Assembly (NCBI GenBank): GCA_963755915.1
Contig: CAVWLP010000003.1
Location: 1,024,001-1,088,000, forward strand
Reading direction: 5' to 3'
Origin: an uncultured Phycisphaerales bacterium
Lineage (GTDB): Bacteria; Planctomycetota; Phycisphaerae; Tepidisphaerales; Tepidisphaeraceae
Length of the DNA stretch: 64,000 bases
The position numbers and the translations under genes were made by a program. The notes beneath the pieces were generated by a model. It was not told where the DNA came from, searched no databases, and worked only from the letters and a program-made list of their open reading frames with translations. Below, one piece after another: positions 57,468 to 64,000 of the stretch (position 1 is the first letter of the stretch; each line of letters begins with the position of its first letter).

Positions 57468-59035
57468 ATGGCCAATCAACTCAAGATGGCGGAAGTACAA
57501 GCAATTTTGGCACTTGCGCAGCGGCTGGTCCAATCGGAACATCGCCCGCCAACTCGGCGTTCACCGGGAGACCGTTGGACGCCACATCCGGTTGTCGGGC
57601 GGCGATCCTGCGGCGCCCGGATCGGATTCAAAACCGGCCAGCGCCCCATCGGGTCGGTCAGTACGGCATCGCCCTGGCGTGAGGTCATTGTTCAGAAGTT
57701 GGAAGCCGGGCTGACGGCCCAGCGGATTTATCAAGACATCTCCAGCGATCACGGCTATGCCGGCAGCTATTACAGCGTGCGCCGGTTCATCAAGAAGCTC
57801 TCGGCTGCCGCGCCGGCGCCCTTTCGCCGGATGGAATGCGAGCCGGGAGCCGAGGCGCAGGTGGACTTCGGCCGGGGTGCGCCCCTGGTCGGTCCTGACG
57901 GCAAACGCAAAGCAACCTGGGTCTTCCGCATTGTGCTGAGCCACAGCCGCAAGGGGTACGCCGAGGCGGTGGAGCGGCAGACGACCGATGATTTTCTGCG
58001 TTGTCTGGAAAATGCCTTTACGCACTTCGGCGGGATGCCGTCAGCGCTGGTGATCGACAATCTTCGCGCGGCGGTGACGCGGGCGGACTGGTTCGAGGCG
58101 GAGTTGTGTCCCAAGGTCCGGTCGTTCGCCGAACATTATGGAATCGCCATTCTGCCCACCAAGCCGTACACGCCGCGGCACAAGGGGAAGATCGAGCGGG
58201 GCATCGGCTATGTGAAGAGCAATGCTCTCAAAGGCCGGCAATTCGCCTCGCTCTCGGATCAGAACGCGCATCTGCTGACGTGGGAGAAGAGCGTGGCCGA
58301 CACGCGCATCCACGGCACGACGCGGCGGCAGGTGAAGGAAGTCTTCGAGCAGGTAGAGAAGCCGGCACTGTTGGCTCTGCCGCCGGTGCGATTCGATCTT
58401 TTCACCGAGGCGTTGCGCAGTGTTCACCGCGACGGGCACGTGGAGATCAAGGGGGCGTACTATTCGGTCCCGCCGGAGTTTTTGGGCCAGCGGGTCTGGG
58501 CGCGGTGGGACGGCGCACGGTCCGGCTGTTCGATCAGAAGATGCGTGCGATCGCTCTGCACGCGCAGCGTCCGCCGGGCAGGTTCTCGACGCAAGACGCC
58601 CATATCCTGCCGGAGAAGATCAGCGGCATCGAGCGTGGAACGACCTGGCTTCTCCAGCGGATCGAATGCATCGGGCCGCACGCCACGCAGTGGGCGCAGT
58701 CAATGCTTCAGCATCGCGGCATCGAAGGCGTGCGCGTGTTGATGGGGCTGCTGTCGCTGGCCAATCAGCAGCCGCGACCGGCCGTGGAACGAGCCTGCGA
58801 GATTGCTCTGGGGCATGGCGCGTATCACCTGCGCTCCCTGCGGCAGCTCATCGAACACCAAAACGGCGCGCCGGTTCAACAACACTTCGAGTTTGTTCAG
58901 GAACATCCAATCATCCGCGGACTGGCCGATTACGGACAGTTCGTACGCGACGCAATCACCCAAGCGGAGGCTTTGCCTGCCGCACAACCTTTACAGGCCT
59001 GCCCTGAGCAGAGCCGAAGGGAGTCCACCCCATGA
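57468..59035 (+). CDS. istA: IS21 transposase IstA; frameshifts near 57525 and 58515
   Basis: HTH IARQLGVHRETV; EPGAEAQVDFG, DNLRAAV, KGKIER, YYSVP. Confidence 0.9.
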
Positions 59036-59922
59036 GACCTTCGTTGATGCAGACGCTCAAGCAACTTCGGCTTTCAGGTCTGGCGAGCAGCCTTGAAGTT
59101 CGCCTGAGCGAGGCGGCCGGCAATCGGCTCGACCACAGTGAGTTTTTGGAACTGATCCTTCAGGATGAACTGAACGTCCGATCCAGCCGGCAGATCGGCC
59201 GGCGCGTCAAGGCGGCGATGTTCCGCGACACCAAAAACCTCGACGAGTTCGACTTCTCCTTCAACACCTCCATCAAACGCAAACAGATTCACGATCTGGC
59301 CGCCGGCCAGTTCATTCGTGACAAACGTGACGTGCTCTTGCTGGGTCCGCCCGGCGTGGGCAAATCGTTTTTGGCCCAGGCCATCGGACACCAGGCGATC
59401 AAGAGCGGCTTGGTGGTCCTGTACCGATCCATCTTCGACCTGGCCCGCGACTTTTTAGGCGACGAGGATCTGGGAGCCCAGGACAAGACGCTGGCCCGGT
59501 ATCTCAAGCCTGATCTGCTTATCATCGACGACATGGGAATGAAGCAGCTTCCGCGGCGCAGCGGCGAATGCCTGCTGGAGATCGTCATGCGCCGGCACGA
59601 GAACCGCTCGACGATGATGACCAGCAACCGTCCACTGGAGGACTGGGCCAAGCTGATCGGCGACGTGCCGGCGGCCACGGCCATTCTGGATCGGTTCCTG
59701 CAGCACGCCACGATCATCAACATCACCGGCAAGAGCTACCGCCTTCGGCATGGGGGCCATTCGACTTCGCTCACGGCAGGCCAATCCGGGACACCGGAAA
59801 AGACAAATCCAAAAGGACGGCGGAGTACCGCCGGCGATGAAGGGTGCTCCCCCCCGGAAGACACCGTGACAGAGCCGCCGTTGTCTTCTGATGTGGGGGT
59901 ATCCGCCGGCCAGACGGCGTGA
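59032..59922 (+). CDS. istB: IS21 ATPase helper IstB
   Basis: Walker A GPPGVGKS, Walker B LLIIDD, TSNRP..W, AILDR, GKSYR. Confidence 0.95.
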   Translation: MRPSLMQTLKQLRLSGLASSLEVRLSEAAGNRLDHSEFLELILQDELNVRSSRQIGRRVKAAMFRDTKNLDEFDFSFNTSIKRKQIHDLAAGQFIRDKRDVLLLGPPGVGKSFLAQAIGHQAIKSGLVVLYRSIFDLARDFLGDEDLGAQDKTLARYLKPDLLIIDDMGMKQLPRRSGECLLEIVMRRHENRSTMMTSNRPLEDWAKLIGDVPAATAILDRFLQHATIINITGKSYRLRHGGHSTSLTAGQSGTPEKTNPKGRRSTAGDEGCSPPEDTVTEPPLSSDVGVSAGQTA

Positions 59923-60044
59923 ACGGGGACCAATAACTCAAGGAACAGTTGCGTCGGATAGAACGGATGCGGTATAGAATACGTCAGCACATTGGCCGGT
60001 TTTGAAGCGCCCCGCCCTGGCTGGTTTTGGTGCGCCCCGTGACA

Positions 60045-60188
60045 CTTGTGAACTACGGCTCCGGCCCATACACCAACGAGATCGTCCTCAGCGATTTCGA
60101 GGCAGTCCCCGAACCGGCCACCGGCGGATTAGCCGTCATGGCCCTGGCAGGACTGCTCGCCCGCCGCCGACGCGCGATCCCAAAGTGA
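60045..60188 (+). pseudogene. Detached 3' end (PEP-CTERM) of the gene starting at 53661
   Basis: LVNYGSGPYTNEIVLSDFEAVPEPATGGLAVMALAGLLARRRRAIPK*. Confidence 0.88.
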
Positions 60189-60222
60189 TATCATTGATAT
60201 CAACGATATCATTCATATCACG
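60187..60222. repeat. Four 9-bp tandem units with GATATC core
   Basis: GATATCATT GATATCAAC GATATCATT CATATCACG. Confidence 0.7.
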
Positions 60223-60304
60223 AAAACCGGGGTCCTATCTTATCCATTCCCCCCAGCTTGTTATGGAGTGAACCTTTTGTATCGCATGCCCCCGCTCAAA
60301 AACA

Positions 60305-61096
60305 CTACTGATCGCTCGGAGTCGTCGTTGCGTCGCTGTCGGATTGCGGCTTCTGATCCGAATCGTCGAAGATTGTGTTCGTGGCTTCCACCTCAACCCG
60401 GCGGTTCAGCGTCTGGGAATCGATCGTATATTCGCGTTCGGTCAGCGGTTCGAATGTCGAGCATCCCTGGACGCGAATCAGATGGGGATCGACGCCCTTA
60501 CTGACCAGAAAATTCGCGGACGCCTGGGCGCGGCGGAGAGAGAGGTCCATCTTCTGCCCGTCGGTCGCGCCGTCGGGGAGATCGTCGAGGGAGGTGTGGC
60601 CTTTGACCAGGATGATGTTGCGGTGGCCGCGGATCACCTCGGCAAGCTGGGCCAGCTCAAGCTTGGTTTCATCGGAGAGGTCGGCACTGCCTTTGTCGAA
60701 GAGCATTTTGCCGCCCTCGGTGGCGTGATTGGCGGGACGGATGTTGGTGACTTCGGGCTCGGTGCCGACGGCGCCTTTGGGCTCGCTCTCGGCTTTTCCG
60801 CGTTTGCCCTGGCCGGGGGGGTGAATCTTGGAAAGGCCGTTGATGATCATCTGCATGTCGACGGGGTCTCGGCTCTGGGGGTTGGGGACGTAGCCGAACC
60901 CGCCGCGGATGGCGGCGGCGATTTTTACGACGTAGTCGTCGGTTTCGCTGTTCCCTTTTTTGCCGGGCTGGGGCTTGAGGACCCAGAGGATGACGAAGAA
61001 CCCCATCATGAGCATGACGAGGTCGGCGAAGGTGAAGATCCACTCGGGGCATTCTTCGCATTCGGTCTTTTTGCATTTGCAGGCTTTGGCGGCCAT
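60305..61096 (-). CDS. motB: Stator protein MotB (OmpA-like domain)
   Basis: WIFTFADLVMLMMGFFVILW (conserved Asp), KGHT, LSLRRA, NRRVEV. Confidence 0.88.
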   Translation of the reverse strand: MAAKACKCKKTECEECPEWIFTFADLVMLMMGFFVILWVLKPQPGKKGNSETDDYVVKIAAAIRGGFGYVPNPQSRDPVDMQMIINGLSKIHPPGQGKRGKAESEPKGAVGTEPEVTNIRPANHATEGGKMLFDKGSADLSDETKLELAQLAEVIRGHRNIILVKGHTSLDDLPDGATDGQKMDLSLRRAQASANFLVSKGVDPHLIRVQGCSTFEPLTEREYTIDSQTLNRRVEVEATNTIFDDSDQKPQSDSDATTTPSDQ

Positions 61097-61120
61097 AGGA
61101 CACGTTTCGGATAATCCATC

Positions 61121-61283
61121 TCACCGCGGAGCACGCGGAGAGCGCAGAGAAATTGAATTTGGTTTTTCTTGCGCTCTTGGCGTCTTGGCGGTTATAAGAT
61201 TTTTAACCGCCAAGACGCCAAGAGTGCCAAGAAATGCAATCAAGATTTTAATACTCTTTCATTCTCTGCGATCTCTGCGGTGA
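61121..61283. repeat. Nested inverted repeats built of 9-nt-periodic arms
   Basis: Outer TCACCGCGGAGCACGCGGAGAGCGCAGAGAA / TTCTCTGCGATCTCTGCGGTGA; inner TTCTTGCGCTCTTGGCGTCTTGGCGGTTA / TAACCGCCAAGACGCCAAGAGTGCCAAGAA. Confidence 0.8.
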
Positions 61284-61291
61284 ATCATTCA

Positions 61292-62072
61292 TTATGCGGC
61301 CTTGGGGATGGCGGCTTGTTGCTTGCTGCTGAGGAAGCTCATGAGCTGCATTTCGACGACGCGGGGATTGTTGCCGGCCTGGATGCTGAGGACGCCTTGA
61401 AGCATGATTTCCTTGGCGAAGGCTTCTTCGTGCGCTTCGGAAGCCGAGCTTTTCGGCGATGGGGCCGGCGACGAGGTTTTGGAGCATGCAGCCATACAGC
61501 GTGCCGGTGAGGGCGATGGCCAGGGCCTGGCCGATGACGGAGGCGTCGCCCGCGAGGTTACGGAACATGGCGACCTGGGCGATGAGCGTTGCCATCAGTC
61601 CGAAGCCGGGGCCGAATTTGGCCAGGGTTCCGAAGAGGTGTTTGCCGTGCTTGTGGCGTTCGACCATGGATTCGATTTCGATGCGGAGGATTCGCTCGAT
61701 GATTTCGGGGTCGGTGCCGTCGATGGTGAGCTGCAAGTCCGCGGCGGAGAAACGGATCGGGGGCCTCGCGGGCGACCGTTTCCAGGGCAAGCACACCGTC
61801 GCGCCGCGCGGTTTCGGCGTATTGCACCATCTCCTTGATGATGTGCTCGATGTGGGCTTCCTTGTTCATCGCCCATTTTTTGATGTAGGAGACGATGCCG
61901 GTGACCGTATGCAGCGGCATCGAGAGCATGGCCGCGCCGAGAGAACCGCCGAACACCAGGAACATTTCCGGCGGCTTGAGGTAGGCGCCAATGCGCCTTC
62001 GGAAGCATGATACATCGAAAAGAGAACCGCGCCCCAGGCGACAACCAGACCGATGACCGTTGCGAGGTCCAT
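61292..62072 (-). CDS. motA: Stator protein MotA; several frameshifts
   Basis: MDLATVIG, VFGGSLGA, ARRDGVLALE, GPGFGLMATL, ALTGTLYG, IQAGNNPR. Confidence 0.88.
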
Positions 62073-62287
62073 AGTCCGTTATTTCGGCATATATCGGGCG
62101 TTGCGATGAATGTTATTGGACTGTGGTAAGCGAGCCGAATGCGGCTCGATGAAAGAAGCGAAACGACTCAGGGGGAATTCGGGTGCTGGTAGTTCGTTCA
62201 GCCAAGTCGCGCAAGTATCTTTTGCTCGGCATCTTACAATTTCTCCTCCTTGAAGCTTTCCAGCGATTGCAAGAGGAGGCGCAAGGG

Positions 62288-63424
62288 TCAGGCTTGACTC
62301 ACTTGGCCAAACCCCGACTTGCGCTCGAATGGTTTCTGCCGCTGAAATGCGTGCATGACCAATGCCGTCAATTTCTGTAGAACTACCGCTCCCGTCAGAG
62401 TAATCGTCCAGAAGGCAAGCAGGCGAACAGGCCACGGCCAAGTGACGGTTCCAAGGCGCGGCCAGATAAACCCCTGAACGACATAAATTTCGAGTGTCAA
62501 TCCAGCCAGCACTGCGACGGCGGCGCCAACATATTTGAGGCGGCTAAAGAGGGCGTGAAGTTCGTCGGATGCGGAAATTCGGAGGATGAACAGGGAAAGA
62601 ATTACGGCAAAAACGTGGAGGAGGAAGAAGTAACGGGCTCCATGCCCATGGTCCATTTCGAACTTCACCGCAAAATAAACGACAAAGATTGCAAAAAAAG
62701 CGGCAATGTCCCGCGGCAGGGCATTCAAGGGTCGGCCAGTGATTGGCGCCAAGACGGTTCCGAGGAGCGCGACGAAAGAAAAATACGCAATATGCACCCA
62801 GCCCAGTTCGCCAAGAACCAGGGGCTGCCGCGGCGCCAACTGGCCGGCGGAGTTTACAGTGGCCACCACATACCCGACGAGCAGCGCCCCCAGAACCAGC
62901 AGATTCAGGGTGGCCGATCGGATTCGACCTACCAAATAAATCGGCATGTAAATGATCATGATGATCGTGACATAGAAATACGGCGTGGGCCAGACGAAGG
63001 TGGACAAATAGTCAAGCGGGTGGGCATAGCGCCACTGGCCGCCGAAAATAAACACAAAAAAAATGGTGCAGAGAGTGCAGGCGGGATAGATACGGTTGAC
63101 GCGTCGCAGATACCATTTGAAGAATCCGAGGCGCAGCGATTTGCCCGAGAGCGCGATGCCAAATCCCGAAAGAAAAAAGAAGAGGGAATTGCCGATAAGC
63201 CCGTCGCCGGCAAGCCAGGTGTGGGGATAGATCTGCTTAAGATGGGAATTGCAGATCAGCAGAGCGGCGGCAGCGCGCATGAAGTCCGTATCGTGGGGCC
63301 GCCAATTTCCGGCGGTCATGGGAGGCAGGGAAGCGATCTGTTCGAGATTTGGCGGCGGGGATTGCCGGCCAACGGTTGGCGTATCAAACCCAGGTTGCAC
63401 CATCGTTCTCTCCCCAAAAGGCAA
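62288..63424 (-). CDS. Acyltransferase family 3 (OafA-like) membrane protein
   Basis: DFMRAAAALLICNSH, GNSLFFFLSGFG, RRVNRIYP, LEIYVVQ. Confidence 0.8.
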   Translation of the reverse strand: MPFGERTMVQPGFDTPTVGRQSPPPNLEQIASLPPMTAGNWRPHDTDFMRAAAALLICNSHLKQIYPHTWLAGDGLIGNSLFFFLSGFGIALSGKSLRLGFFKWYLRRVNRIYPACTLCTIFFVFIFGGQWRYAHPLDYLSTFVWPTPYFYVTIIMIIYMPIYLVGRIRSATLNLLVLGALLVGYVVATVNSAGQLAPRQPLVLGELGWVHIAYFSFVALLGTVLAPITGRPLNALPRDIAAFFAIFVVYFAVKFEMDHGHGARYFFLLHVFAVILSLFILRISASDELHALFSRLKYVGAAVAVLAGLTLEIYVVQGFIWPRLGTVTWPWPVRLLAFWTITLTGAVVLQKLTALVMHAFQRQKPFERKSGFGQVSQA

Positions 63425-63496
63425 TTGGGCGCTCCAAATGATAACGGAATTGCTCGGAATTGCATCAAAATCTTTATTAGTGCTGGTGCATCGCCG

Positions 63497-64000
63497 TCAG
63501 AAGCGACGGGGGCGCAGTGCGCGGATCATTTTGTTGACCCGGGCCTTGGCGGTGTCGTCATCGGCGGATGCGAGGGCATCGCGAAGGGTGGGAATGGCCT
63601 TGGGGCCCATGTCTTGAATGGCCTGCTCGGCCTGGGATTCTTCGGTGTCGTCGGCGGCGTTGATCATGGTCTGGACCTGGAGCTTGGCGTCGTCGGGCTT
63701 GAACTGGGCCTCGGCGGCGCGGACGTTGGAAATCTCATACTTGGCGTCGTCGAGGCCTTCGCTGCCGAGGTCGTAGGCGAGGTCAAGATGGACGACCACA
63801 AATGCTTTCAGATCGTGGAGTTGCGGCGTTCTGGGGTCGGAGTTGGAGTCGCTTTCGCTCCAGCGGAGATCGGCCTCGGGACGAAGCAGGAGGAGGAACT
63901 CTTTTCCGACCTGCTTGTCTGTGAACGCCTGGCCACAGATTGAGCTTTTTTGCGAATTGGGGCCGGAGATGAAGCGGACAACGGAGACGGCGTCGCCGGC
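63497..64000 (-). CDS. C-terminal part of a hypothetical protein ending in a HEAT-like helix pair; 5' end outside the window
   Basis: AEQAIQDMGPKAIPTLRDALASADDDTAKARV. Confidence 0.45.
   Translation of the reverse strand, partial: AGDAVSVVRFISGPNSQKSSICGQAFTDKQVGKEFLLLLRPEADLRWSESDSNSDPRTPQLHDLKAFVVVHLDLAYDLGSEGLDDAKYEISNVRAAEAQFKPDDAKLQVQTMINAADDTEESQAEQAIQDMGPKAIPTLRDALASADDDTAKARVNKMIRALRPRRF

Larger units (their letters stand above)
57352..60044 (+). mobile_element. IS21 family insertion sequence (2693 bp), 4-bp target duplication CTTG
   Basis: Ends TGTCATGGGCGCGCAAAACCGGCCA / TGGCTGGTTTTGGTGCGCCCCGTGACA with repeated CAAAACCGGCCA sub-terminal boxes; CTTG at 57348-57351 and 60045-60048. 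Confidence 0.95.

Noticed and set aside
58500-58530. Programmed frameshift in istA
   Set aside because: It falls mid-gene with no slippery heptamer and matches the window-wide indel pattern
60305-62072. Zorya ZorAB anti-phage system
   Set aside because: MotA is normal length with no long ZorA tail, and no zorC/D/E genes are adjacent

Overview
GC-rich bacterial chromosomal window. Gene content (PEP-CTERM proteins with a dockerin-like tail, waaA, lgt, TMTC-like proteins) suggests a planctomycete, probably Phycisphaerae-like; this is inference. Many genes carry single-base frameshifts, often in homopolymers, which look like long-read assembly errors, so several CDS are reconstructed from two or more frames. 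Housekeeping genes include a sigma-70 factor, nadD, waaA, a CDF transporter, ribBA, pcrA/uvrD, a pabB-like gene, Nif3, yggS, lgt and motAB. Main highlights: (1) a 9.4-kb locus with four glutamine synthetases of all three classes (GSIII, GSII, two divergent GSI-beta) around an atypical GlnE with ACT domains and only one nucleotidyltransferase domain; (2) a c-di-AMP (ydaO/yuaA-class) riboswitch with an unusual ~115-nt structured insertion, upstream of a KimA/YdaO-like APC transporter; (3) an IS21 element with a 4-bp target duplication that separates a large surface protein from its PEP-CTERM tail; (4) several families of small palindromic repeats, one copy translated in-frame inside a gene and one at the point where a HigB toxin gene was truncated; (5) strong plus-strand G-skew that reverses in the 53.6-57.3 kb gene. 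No rRNA, tRNA or CRISPR array was seen.
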